Part shown: positions 51,050 through 63,527 of the stretch, one piece after another
Layout of the letters: the number at the start of each line of letters is the position of its first letter
Position numbering within the stretch: position 1 is the first letter of the stretch
Origin: Eledone cirrhosa
Taxonomy: Eukaryota
NCBI GenBank assembly: GCA_964016885.1
Contig: OZ024741.1
Coordinates: 165,664,001-165,728,000, forward strand
Reading direction: 5' to 3'
Length of the DNA stretch: 64,000 bases
Position numbers and translations under genes: made by a program
Notes under the pieces: generated by a model
Databases searched by the model: none
What the model was told of the DNA's origin: nothing
What the model saw: the letters and a program-made list of their open reading frames with translations, nothing else

Positions 51050-51337
51050 TTTACAACCTTAATGTGCAGGAGAGAAGACTGCGTTGGTATGGACATGCGA
51101 TGCGCATGGAGGATGACCGCTGGGTAAAGATGTGCCAAGAAGACCCAGTGGAAGGAAGATGCAGCAGAGGAAGATCACGAAAATCATGGGTGGAGGTTGT
51201 GAGAGCTGACCTCAAATCGCTGAAGCTCACAGAGGAGATGACGAAGGACCATGACAAATGGAGAGATGCTGTGCTGAAAGGACCCGTCCCACCCTTGCAA
51301 GCAAGGAAAAGGGGATGTAAAATAATGATGATGATGA
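51050..51337 (+). mobile_element. RTE LINE 3' end
   Basis: QERRLRWYGHAMRMEDDRWVK...; same 3' end as 8572; (GAT)n tail. Confidence 0.9.
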
Positions 51338-51779
51338 TAATAATATCATTATCATCATCATCATCGTTTTTTTACATTTACTTTTCCATGCTAGCATGGG
51401 TTGAATAATGCTTTTTTTTTTTCAGCCAGATGACCTTCCCAATGTCAGTCATTACTTGTTAAGTGAGGTATTTATTCCACTGATCTTCTCCCATTGAACC
51501 ACTAAGCCATGAAACATTGTTTATGCAGAATATAAACTAACACTGGTATCGACAGACATATGAAGCCAACACACTCTCACACGTTTCTGCACATTTTTCA
51601 TCTACTAAGTTCAAGAGACAAATCTAGAAAATGCTTGCCCACAGTACTATGTAGTGAGATTGAACTCAAAATCCCATAGTTATGAAGTAAACTTCTTAAT
51701 CACACAGCCATGCAATCAATTTTTATTGAGAGACTTGACCATTTAACTTGAGATTAAAGATGGTAGATTTGATCAGGTT

Positions 51780-52200
51780 TTTACTTTTAAAATTGTAAAC
51801 TATAACTACACCTTCCAATGTGCACAGACTCAAACATGCATCTAGTAGGCACCTCTTAACCACTATACCAAAACCCACCCCCACTACTGACCACACCACC
51901 ATTACACTGTGAACAAAACATATCAAGCCCACACTGTAAAGTAGTCATGTTGGTATTACAACAAAAAGCACCCAGTCCACACTATAAAGTGGTCGTGTAA
52001 AAGACACGGCAAAAAGCACCCAGCACACACTGTAACTGTGGTTGGCATTAGGAAGGGCATCCAGCTGTAGAAACCTAGCCAGAAACAGTTCTATATAAGT
52101 AAGACACGGTCACCTGACCCAATTTGCCTCAAATGGGATAACCCATCTAACCCATGCTAGCGTCGAAAATGGACGTTAAACGATGATGATGATGATGCTG
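51780..52200 (+). mobile_element. RTE-type 3' UTR element
   Basis: taggcacctcttaa, aaaagcacccag subrepeats, ggaagggcatccagctgtagaaa, (GAT)n tail. Related copies at 7930-8190(-), 29210-29480(-), 59030-59370(-) and 61560-62200(+). Confidence 0.75.
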
Positions 52201-53497
52201 ATGATGATAACTACTTAAATAACTAAAGGGCTTTTTTTTTTTTATCTAATCCAAAGAGGAGGGCAATATTGTGGATGTGTAAACATTCCCAATCTAAGGA
52301 GATTGAAATTGTTAATATTTAGCTTAAACTTCTGCTTAAACACACCCAGAGAAAAATCCCTTTACTATTTGGCACAAAATTCCTCACAGACATGCCCGTC
52401 CTTCTGACCAAAAGACATGCTGTCTTGTCTCTCTACCTTTTCTACAACAGTCTCGGATCCTCGGAGTTGGCTGGTCTCATGCTGCTTCTCTTAAGCACTT
52501 CTGACTGAATTATTTCTCCTCCTCTCATCACCCATGTAGTGTCCAGCCTCCCAGACTCCACACTAACCAATACAGCCAGTCCTTTCTCCTCAGAAAGTCA
52601 GCCCTCTGGAAGCCCCTCACTGCACATGTTTCTTCTATAGGAATTATCTTGCAACAGTATAAGAACATCAATGATGTCAATTTCTTCAGTCATGAAAAAC
52701 CTTTGAGGGCCATGGGCACAGAGACAAAAAATAAAGAAGCTCTTCAAACCATATACAGTCACAAAAACTCGTCACTGTGATAAGGCTAAATTCTTTCGAC
52801 TGAAAGTGAGTAGTGAGTATAACATAATTTAGTTGTGATATAGATTTGGAGCAGCTGCAACTGAACTATTTTCCAAGTTACTACTGTTTATATTATAAAT
52901 ATGCTTCTATGTTCATGACCTTTAATATATCATAGAAGCCACAATTCTCTATTACTCCTGCACTAGAAATATAAGTATGATGTATATTTAAATTACAAAA
53001 AAAAACAACAGGAAAAAATATCAGCTAATCAGATAAGAATTGCCATATTTCTATTTGCCTGGTTTTCTGACTCAAGGCATTGTTTAAGTCATGTTCTTGA
53101 ACTATACTTTATATAAATTCTATGTTTTAACCCTTTTCATATCAATCTATCTGAAACTGCCCTTGTTTCACAACATTTTTAGGGTTAAGGTTATATTAAA
53201 ACCTAGTAGAATTTTCATCAGGGTTTTATGATATTTCTGTTCAAATCATGCAAGCGTAGAACAGCGAATGTAAAATGAAGATGATGATGATGCTCCAAAC
53301 ATTAGCTTACTAATTGAAAAAGTTAGTTATTTCATTAAATTCTTCCATATTAAATTCATCAATATTTAATTGAAACACATAAGTTGGGCATTTCATTAAA
53401 TATGTATTAACAAAATGCAGTAGGCATAAAACATTAAGCTCAATGTTAGAATCATTTTCTTTCGGAAACAGAAACAAACTACATATCATTATTAGAT

Positions 53498-53881
53498 GTG
53501 GATTGGCAGCATCGGTAGAGGGTCGGATGCCATGCTTTGACGCATAGAGTTACGGCTCTTTCCATTCTCAGTTCAAATCCCGCTGAGGTCAACTTTGCCT
53601 TACATCCTTATTGGGTCGATAAAATAAAGTACCAGTAATGCACTGGGTAGTTGCTGGTCTTGTGTCAAAAATAGAAACAATTATTAGGCTTATAGGGCAG
53701 TGGATTAGCAGCATTGGTAGAGCGTCAGACACTCTTTGCAGCATAGAGTTATGGCCCATTGCGTTCTGAGTTCAAATCCCGCCGAGGTTAACTTTGCCTT
53801 TCATCCTTACGGAGTCGATAAAGTAAAGTACCAGTAATGTACTGAGTAATTGCTGGCCTTGTGCCAAAAGTAGAAACAATG
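53498..53881 (+). mobile_element. Two head-to-tail SINE family A copies
   Basis: Copies at about 53498-53685 and 53695-53881. Confidence 0.9.
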
Positions 53882-54304
53882 ATTATGATGATGATGGTGG
53901 TGACAATGGTGATGATGATTATGATGTTGATTACCAAGTTAGTCACTGGAAATGGTTAATGTAATTGAAACATTGTGTAACAAATATTTTTATCATTTGT
54001 TGGAGATTTACCAATGTGGTGCTGTAGACCAAAAAAATAGACTGAGTGATTGGAATATAAAATTTGAGGAATACATATAGATTTTTGCATAGTTACATGA
54101 TGGAGATATGAAGCAACAGAGATATCAACCTATCAGATAATTTATATCAAATAATACATACATATAGTCAGATACATGCATGTGATAATAGTGATACATA
54201 CACAGACACACATCTTCCTCTAAAGCACACCATACAGTTTTAAAAAAAAGAAGTCTGACAAATAGCTTGTAAAAGAATTCAGTAGACACGCTGCAAGGAA
54301 AGCT

Positions 54305-54414
<110 letters not shown>

Positions 54415-54473
54415 GATATATATATATATTTAGATATATATATATATGTAGATATATATATATATATATTTAG

Positions 54474-54504
<31 letters not shown>

Positions 54505-54591
54505 GATATAGGAACAAGTAAGACCCCGACGGCTGAGCTCAAGCCGTTTCGACAGCTAATTCTGGACTGAATGAAAATTTATTCTAGTATT

Positions 54592-54646
<55 letters not shown>

Positions 54647-54680
54647 GATATATATATATATATGTAGATATATATATATA

Positions 54681-55758
54681 TTTAGCGGCGATGAATTAGT
54701 TTTGCGAGGTTTTTTATATGAAATCGTGTGTCGAAACAAATATTGTTATACTTGGGGAGGGTCATATTTGTGTAATATTGCCAGAATTAATAACAGAACA
54801 CACTCACTGTTTGGTTGGTTTTCGCTTCTCGCTGTGTTTTATATCGGTAATCTAACTTACTCGGTCCTCAATGTTGCCATTGACTGCCCGACGGTCAAAA
54901 ATAATACAGATACAATATAGACACAAACACATATATATAGTTTATCATAAATCTTTCGTTGCACATCTGCAGCATCGTCAGTGGTGTTATATTTTCCTCC
55001 TGTTGTGTTGTATGTCTACGCCATTTTTATTCAGTCTGTCTATATATTTATTTATTTACTTGCTTGTTTGTTTATCTAGCTAGACAACAACAAGACGGTA
55101 ACATAGACAACATAGAAATTAGAATAATATCTAAACATAGAAATGACCCAGCAGATAGGCAAATCAGAGAGGCCAGTGAAATAGAAATTAGAAGACCAAA
55201 GCTAAACAAAAAGAATGAATGGAATAACAACAACACCCAAACAAACAACATTGACCTAAGAGAAGTATAAATAAGTAAATAAAATAAGATAAATAAATAA
55301 ATAAATACATACATAAGCACAATAACAACAAGCACATAAACACACACTAGTCACCCATCACACAGCAAACTTAACACTATACACACACGCAAACGCATGC
55401 GCAAAGAAGACTAAAAAATAAAATAAACAAACAAGGAAATAAATAAATAAATATATAGACAGACTGAATAAAAATGGCGTAGACATACAATACAACAGGA
55501 GGAAAATATAACACCACTGACGATGTTGCAGATGTGCAACGAAAGATTTATGATAAACTATATATATGTGTTTGTGTCTATATTGTATCTGTATTATTTT
55601 TGACCGTCGGGCAGTCAATGGCAACATTGAGGACCGAGTAAGTTAGATTACCGATATAAAACACAGCGAGAAGCGAAAACCAACCAAACAGTGAGTGTGT
55701 TCTGTTATTAATTCTGGCAATATTACACAAATATGACCCTCCCCAAGTATAACAATAT
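54681..55758 (+). mobile_element. 5'-truncated Penelope-like retroelement with an inverted pseudo-LTR
   Basis: About 335-bp inverted arms 54740-55075 and 55423-55758; the spacer encodes IRIISKHRNDPADRQIREASEIEIRRPKLNKKNEW, resembling the PLE GIY-YIG C-terminal R.I.EA..I....P.LN motif; about 60-bp tail 54681-54739. Confidence 0.85.
55513..55554 (+). ncRNA. Hammerhead motif in the pseudo-LTR (mirror copy 54944-54985 on minus)
   Basis: acca-CTGACGA-t-gttgca-gatg-tgcaac-GAAA-gatt-TA-tgat. Confidence 0.72.
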
Positions 55759-55828
55759 ATATATTTATATATATATATATATATATATGTAGATATATAT
55801 ATATATTTAGATATATATATATATGTAG

Positions 55829-55860
<32 letters not shown>

Positions 55861-56009
55861 ATATGTAGATTTATATATATATATATATATGTAGATATAT
55901 ATATATATATATATGTAGATATATATATATATTTAGATATATATATATATTTAGATATATATATATATGTAGATATATTTAAATATTTAGATATATATAT
56001 ATATCTATC

Positions 56010-56506
56010 TATCTAAGGCGGGTAAAATTCCCGAGATCCATGGACGAGTTCTCTCCAGCGGTCTCTGTCCCTCATTATCGCTGCCATGTCCTGCGTCTCC
56101 AACAGACCAGTGTCTGTCCTTAGGGCATCAACATACGTTAACCTTGGTCTTCCACTTCTAGTGTGTCCATGTAGGGGCTCCCACAGGAGCACTGAGTGCA
56201 GCTTGAGTGCAGCTTGAGATAGGTGTGGAAGTCGGACCTTCATGAAGACCTGAAAATCCGCCTCTTCATTGCTGTAGTGGAGTCTCTGCTGCTGTATGGG
56301 TCTGAGACTTGGACACTGACCAAGAGACTCACTCAGATGGTGGATGGTTGCTACACGAGAATGCTGAGGATGGCTCTGAACATTAATCAGTAGTCACTGA
56401 GGATGAAAAACGCAGAGCAGTATGGGAGCATCCCAAAAGTCAGCTCAAAAGTGACACAGAGGAGACTGAGGTTAGCTGGACATGCTCACCAACATCCAGA
56501 GTTGAC
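56010..56506. mobile_element. RTE/RTEX-like LINE 3' end with a 5' inversion
   Basis: 56013-56220 (minus) LHSVLLWEP...GRPRLTYVD...* with (TAGA)n tail; 56221-56506 (plus) LLLYGSETWTLT...[16 protein letters not shown] is the immediately upstream coding segment. Confidence 0.85.
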
Positions 56507-56888
56507 ATATATATATATATATATGTAGATATATATATATATATATATTTAGATATATATATATATATATTTAGATATATATATATATATATATTTAGAT
56601 ATATATATATATATATATTTAGATATATATATATATATTTAGATATATATATGTAGATATATATATATATATTTAGATATATATATATATATATATTTAG
56701 ATATATATATATATTTAGATATATATAAATATGTAGATATATATATATGTAGATATATATATATATATGTAGATATATATATATATATATATATATGTAG
56801 ATATATATATATATTTATATATATATATATATATATGTAGATATATATATATATATATATATATAAGTAGATATAAATATATATATAT

Positions 56889-58091
56889 ATACGCAGATGA
56901 CCTAACACTCATAGCTGAATCAATGGCCGAGCTAGAGAAGAAATTCCAAACATGGAAGCACGGCCTAGAATCAAAAGGCCTTAAAATTAACCTGGCTAAG
57001 ACTGAAGTTCTAGTTTGTAAGAAAGAAAATAAGGCGACGGTCCCTTCCAGGAAGTGGCCATGCTCAGTGTGTAGGAAAGGCATAGGTAGAAACTCCATTT
57101 TGTGTCCCGAATGCAAAGTATGGGTGCATAAAAGTTGTAGTGGGATCACAGGTAAGCTAACTAAGAACATAGATTTAACATGTGGCCAGTGCTCTGGTGC
57201 AATAAGTAGCAGCAAGTGCCCAGAAAATACTAGCTCTTTCAACTGCGCAGAGGGTTCTATAGAAATAGTGGACAGCTTCCGTTACCTGGGTGACAAAATC
57301 AGCAGTGGGGGAGGGTGCTCTGAAAGTACAGTAGCTAGAGTCAGAAACGGATGGAAAAAGTTCAGAGAGCTTATACCACTATTAGCCGCTAAAGGGTTCT
57401 CCCTAAAAATGAAAGGCAGGTTGTACGATGCCTGCATATGAACAGCAATGTTGCATGGCAGTGAGACCTGGGCATTGTGTGCAGAGGATATACGCAGACT
57501 AGAGAGAAACGAAGCTTGCATGCTCCGCTGGATGTGTAATAGTAATATACGTGAACAGCAAAGCATAAACGAACTAAGGAAAAAATTAGAAATAAGAGGG
57601 ATCAGATGTTGTTTACTCGAGAGAAGGCTACGTTGGTATGGTCACGTGATGCGCATGAAGGACGATAGCTGTATAACAAAGTGCAGGGCAATAAAGATAG
57701 ACGGTAGCCACGGAATAGGCAGACCCAGAAAAACCTAGGACGAGCTGATAAATTCCGACCTCACACACTTACACCTCACCAAGACAATGTCACTGGACCG
57801 ACACCTTTGGCGGTACTCAGTAATAGAGAAGACCCGCTTTACCTAAATACAAAGTAAAACCTACTACAGTCAGTAGGCATCTCTAACAAAATACACCCCC
57901 GTCCCACCACCCCCACCCCATCCACACCGCCCCTTTCAATGTAAAGTTATGTTGGTGCCACAACATCCAGGCCGAAACAAATGAGATCGTGTAGGTGTCA
58001 CGTCAAAAAATACACAGTTCACGCTGTAATGTGGCCGTGTAGGCAACACGGTAAAAACCTCCCAGCCCCACACTGTAAATGTGGTTGGTGT
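56889..58091 (+). mobile_element. RTE LINE fragment from YADD to the 3' UTR
   Basis: YADDL...WPCSVC...HKSC...LHGSETW...RRLRWYGHV...GRPRKT; two premature stops; bounded by (TA)n. Confidence 0.93.
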
Positions 58092-58097
58092 ATATAT

Positions 58098-58262
58098 ATA
58101 TTGTTATACTTGGGGAGGGTCATATTTGTGTAATATTGCCAGAATTAATAACAGAACACACTCACTGTTTGGAGAAGCGAAAACCAACCAAACAGTGAGT
58201 GTGTTCTGTTATTAATTCTGGCAATATTACACAAATATGACCCTCCCCAAGTATAACAATAT
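58098..58262. mobile_element. Mini fold-back insert of the 54681 family
   Basis: 75-bp arms 58098-58172 and 58188-58262, matching the pseudo-LTR end; no tail. Confidence 0.85.
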
Positions 58263-58276
58263 ATATATATATGTAG

Positions 58277-58342
<66 letters not shown>

Positions 58343-58343
58343 C

Positions 58344-58374
<31 letters not shown>

Positions 58375-58377
<3 letters not shown>

Positions 58378-58907
58378 CCTTCCAATGTAAAGTTATGTTG
58401 GTGCCACAACATCCATACTGAAACAAATGAGGTCGTGTAGGTGTCACGACAAAAAAACACACAGTCCACGCTGTAATGTGGCCGTGTAGGTAACACGGTA
58501 AAAACCTCCCAGTCCCACACTGTAAATGTGGTTGGTGTTAGGAAGGGCATCCAGCTGTAGAAAACATGCCAGACAGTCCACGCTGTAATGTGGCCGTGTA
58601 GGCAACACGGTAAAAACCTCCCATCCCCACACTGTAAATGTGGTTGGTGTTAGGAAGGGCATCCAGCTGTAGAAAACATGCCAGACAGTCCACGCTGTAA
58701 TGTGGCCGTGTAGGCAACACGGTAAAAACCTCCCAGCCCCACACTGTAAATGTGGTTGGTGTTAGGAAGGGCATCCAGCTGTAGAAAACCCGCCAGACAG
58801 TCCTATGCGAGCAATGACAACCACTCTTGTCTCAAGTGGGAAAACTCCCGTCCAAACCCATGCAAGCGTGGAACATGGACGTTAAATGATGATGATGATG
58901 ATGATGA

Positions 58908-58909
<2 letters not shown>
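58375..58909 (+). mobile_element. RTE 3' UTR with three tandem 112-bp units and (GAT)n tail
   Basis: acagtcc recurs at 58461, 58573, 58685 and 58797. Confidence 0.88.
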
Positions 58910-58992
<83 letters not shown>

Positions 58993-59723
58993 TAATTTTC
59001 AAAACCTTGCTTCGTTTCATCATCATAATTTTCATTTTACATCAATTTTCCTATGCTGACATAGGCTGGATAAGTTGTTACAGACCTTGTCAGAATATAA
59101 TCAGAGCTCTTGTATTCCTAAACAGGTCAGAAAGCATGTCTTGCTCAATATATTCTATTTTTGGTGTGCTTTCCATGACTGGATGCCATTCCTAATGCCA
59201 ACAACTTTACAGAGTCTACTAGGGGCATTTTACCAGCATAACACCAGCATAACACCAGCATAACACCAGCTCTAGAGAGGTTATCTTGTTCCTGACATGA
59301 AGAACTCTCTTTACCTATGTTTAACATGATTTCTATGGCTACATACCCTTCCTAATATCAACCACACTATGTGTGTGTGTATGTGTGTGTGTGTGTGTGC
59401 GTGTGTGCGTGCGTGCATGCATGACACTGCCTATAATTTTTAATACAATCAAGAACTTCGAAGGATTTAGTAATATAACTTTCTCATTATTAAATTGATG
59501 TTTGGAACATAACTTAACAAAAGTTCTATACAATCACTAAACCAGCTGTATCTGGTCGGAATTTTCTCACCTTTTTCTGTTCAAACCAGCCGTAACCATA
59601 CTGATGTTAAAGTATTCTTCTCAAAATAAATAATATCAAAATCTCATAGATTCGATATTATGTGAGGTAAAGCCTTTACCATGAAAATACAGTAGTGTAT
59701 ATATATATATATATAGATATATT

Positions 59724-60720
59724 CTAGCTGAGATAGCTGGTAATACCTGGGAGTGGGGGTATTCCCAGTTCCCATTAAAATGCCCAATGCCTCTCAGACC
59801 AAAAAAAAAATCAAAATATAGGACAGATAATCAAAAGCAAAGGCGAAGACAAATTCATTTACGAAACAATAATACAAACAAATATTGTTGATTGCATTGG
59901 TCAGGCGAAAAAATGTTTGTCAGAGATGTTGAGTGTTGCTATAAGGAAAAAAATAGAACCCCCATTAGGTGGTTTCATTGCTGAAATTTTGTGAATAGGC
60001 ATCATATCTTGTCATTTACCTATCGTTTAAATTTCATATAAATTGAAGGGAAAAAATCTTCAGCAGGGGTTTTCAGCGGGGGTTTTGTGCCCCCGGGGAA
60101 CCCTTTGATTAAAATGAAATATACTTATCCAAGTACCCTGGGCAATTTAGTTTCAGAATATATATGGTTATGGATGCTTATCTCCAAAATCATAGGTGTT
60201 CGTGAAATCTTGTTCCATTTATTGGCCATTAGGATGTCTTAATATTATTGAAATTTGCTGAAATTTTGTGAATATGCATCATATCTTGTCATTTCCCTAT
60301 AGTTTAAATTTCATATATATCGAAGGGTAAAAATTGAATGGGGGTTCTCAGCAGGTGTTTAACCCTTTAGCATTCACATTACTCTATATATACTATTGTA
60401 TTTTCATAGTAAAGGCTTTACCTCACATAATATCAAATCTATGAGATTTTGAAAGTATTTATTTTGAGAACAATACCTTAACATCAGTTTGAGCGACCAA
60501 TTGCAGCCGGTTTCAACAGAAAGAGGTAAAAAATTCTGGCCGGTTTGAACATTATAGGGTTAAACCCCGGGGGAACCCTTTGATTAAAATGAAATATACG
60601 TAAGAAATCAAATAGGCATGAGCCCCACACACGTGTCAAATTTCATCAAGATCAGTTTGGTAGTTTTTGAGTTTTAGGTTCACAAACAAACAGACAGAAA
60701 TTGCCATTTATGTGTGTATG

Positions 60721-60750
<30 letters not shown>
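59724..60750 (-). mobile_element. Helitron-like element with an internal duplication and a MITE C insertion
   Basis: CTAG end with degenerate hairpin; caaatttcatcaagatc...acaaacaaacagaca motif as in invertebrate non-autonomous Helitrons; 59981-60125 repeated at 60258-60600. Confidence 0.6.
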
Positions 60751-60755
<5 letters not shown>

Positions 60756-60928
60756 GGAATTCCTTCCTTGCTCACATTCCAACCAGGTTTGATGGTCTTT
60801 ATTCTCTCTCGTTCATGATTTCACCGAACTTATATTCATGGAAATTTGGGACTTGACTCTTTCTTCCTCACTTTTCGTTGCTTCACCATCTTTGTTTGTT
60901 TACACTCTCGTGTCCCCTTTATTTACGT

Positions 60929-61030
60929 GTCCCAACGACTATTTTTAGCCGTTGCTCGCACCAACCGGAGGTATATGGTCTTTAAAGCGATGAAATACCA
61001 ATGATGGTTGGAAGATCACTGATGAAGGAC
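60929..61030 (+). ncRNA. Permuted, pseudoknotted hammerhead-like RNA, copy 2
   Basis: Helices gtcc/ggac, caacgact/agccgttg, tcgc/gcga, ccaacc/ggttgg, ggtat/atacc, tggtctt/aagatca with the same core motifs; lies in a TA-bounded insert 60755-61042. Confidence 0.6.
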
Positions 61031-61041
61031 TAACTTTATTC

Positions 61042-61076
<35 letters not shown>

Positions 61077-61077
<1 letters not shown>

Positions 61078-61168
61078 CTAGGGCGGGTAAAATTCCCGAG
61101 ATCCAGCGGTCTCTGTCCCTCATTATCGCTGCCATGTCCTGCGTCTCCAACAGACCAGTGTCTGTCCT
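61077..61168 (-). mobile_element. Short 3' end of the same LINE as 56013-56220, inside (TA)n
   Basis: Near-identical to 56012-56139 apart from a short deletion between tcca repeats. Confidence 0.85.
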
Positions 61169-61203
61169 TAGGGCATCAACATACGTTATATATATGTATA
61201 TAA

Positions 61204-61290
<87 letters not shown>

Positions 61291-62634
61291 GAGAGAGTAA
61301 ATCAAGAGCAGTTTGGTGTCAAAGGTATTAAAATATACATTGATCCTTTGTCCCATAGTTTAAGGTTTAACAAAGGTCATCTTTATACACCATACTTATA
61401 AATAGAAGAAGGCATCAGGAAGCGCATTCCATAATAGAAAAACACTTCCTCAGAACATCTCATTTTATTAAAGCCAGAAAAGAACTTATTTAATTTTCCG
61501 GTGGATTTTGCCGAACTAAACCACTTGCAGTTTCCTTAGATTCCAGATTTAAAATGGTACCATGATAAAATACACCCAGCTATGTTGTATAGCATCCAGT
61601 CTGCACTCTCAGGCAATAGTGCTGGTGCAATGGCCAAAAGCACTCAGTCAATCCTCTAAGGTGGTAGTGCCAGAGTCACAATAAAATGCTCCCAGTACAT
61701 GCTGCAAAGGTAGTAATGCTAATGCTATGATAAAATATCCCCAGTCCACTCTGTAAAATTGTAGTACTGATGCCACAATAAAATACACACAGTCCACTCT
61801 GCAAAGTGGTAGTGCTGGTGCCACACAACAAAAAGTATCCAGTCCACCCTTTAATGTTGTAGTGCTATAGTCACAAAAAATGTTTCTAATACATGCTGGA
61901 AAGTGGTTGGCATTAGGAAGAGCATCCATCCATAGAAACAAAGCCCAGAGCCCTCTTTGATTTTGCTAAGGACATGGCAACCTCTCTTGTGCTGCTCCAA
62001 TGCTAAAATGCACCCGGTACAGTCTGTAAAGAGGTTGCTATGAGGAAGGGCATCAAGCTGTAAAAACCATGCCAAAAAATAGAATGTATGAAGTTGTGTT
62101 CTTTCGACCCAACTAGGAGGGCAGTCACTCTGCATAAAGACTCAAATCTGTGATGACCTGTCTGACACATGCCAACATAGTGGGTTATAAATGATGATGA
62201 TGATAACAGGTGATAAAGTTGATAGAGACAGAAAGTGTTACATATTCAATTCAGTCAATTTGTATGTATACCATTATCATTGATATTATAGAGATCACAG
62301 AGATTGATGGGGCAGGGAGAATTAACAATAAACAGAAAACATGAGAAAAGTGTCCTTTACATTGATGTATATACAAATTAGACTGGGGAGAGGAAGGGGG
62401 ATGGAAGGGTGAGGAGGGAGATGGGGAACAGAAGAAGAACAACAAAAAGGAAGAGGTGGGAATGGGGAGGGGTAGCTGCTGTGTTTGTATGAAGGACCAA
62501 CAACAGAGAAAATAAATACAAAATAAATTAAAGGGATATATATATATAACAAAGGAATTGTGGTAAGGAACCAGATGGAGTGTAACGCACCAAAGTACTC
62601 AATACTTAGGGTAGTAGAGTGGGTCATACTTGTT

Positions 62635-62671
<37 letters not shown>

Positions 62672-62759
62672 ATATATATCTATATATATATATGTATATA
62701 TATCTCTATATATATATGTATATGTATATATATGTATATATATCTATATATATATATGT

Positions 62760-63468
62760 ATCATCATCATCATCATCATCATCAGGTTTAGCGTCCGTGT
62801 TCCACGCTTGCATGGGTTTGGACGGGGGTTTTCCCACTTGAGGCAAGAGTGGTTGTCTTGCTCGCATAGGACTGTCTGGCGGGTTTTCTACAGTTGGATG
62901 CCCTTCCTAACACCAACCACATTTACAGTGTGGGGCTGGGAGGTTTTTACCGTGTTGCCTACACGGCCACATTACAGCGTGGACTGTCTGGCGGGTTTTC
63001 TACAGCTGGATGCCCTTCCTAACACCAACCACATTTACAGTGTGGGGCTGGGAGGTTTTTACCGTGTTGCCTACACGGCCACATTTACAGCGTGGACTGT
63101 GTGTTTTTTGTCGTGACACCTACACGATCTCATTTGTTTCGGCCTGGATGTTGTGGGACCAACATAACTTTACATTGAAAGGGGCGGTGTGGAGGGACGG
63201 GGGTGTGTTTTGATAGAGGTGCCTACTGACTGTAGTAGGTTTTTACTTTGTATTTAGGTAAGGCGGGTCTTCTCTATTACTGAGTACCGCCAAAGGTCTC
63301 GGTCCAGTGACATTGTCTTGGAGAGGTGTAAGCGTGTGAGGTCGGAATTTATCAGCTCGTCCCATGTTTTTCTGGGTCTGCCTACTCCGTGGCTACCGTC
63401 TATCTTTATTGCCCTGCACTTTGTTATACAGCTGTCGTCTTTCATGCGCATCACGTGACCATACCATG
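62760..63468 (-). mobile_element. RTE LINE 3' end with two 112-bp UTR units
   Basis: WYGHVMRMKDDSCITKC...KTRLT*, then UTR and (GAT)n tail. Confidence 0.92.
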
Positions 63469-63527
63469 AAAGACGCATGATATATGTATATGTATATATA
63501 TATATATATGTATATATATGTATATGT

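Noticed and set aside
58098-58262. Classical TA-target MITE interpretation of the hairpin
   Set aside because: The arms match the 3' end of the GIY-YIG/hammerhead element at 54681-55758, and arm length varies freely between copies.
60995-61025. SECIS element (AUGA...GA)
   Set aside because: The GA partner lies upstream rather than downstream and there is no apical AAR loop; it fits a k-turn in the ribozyme-like fold better.
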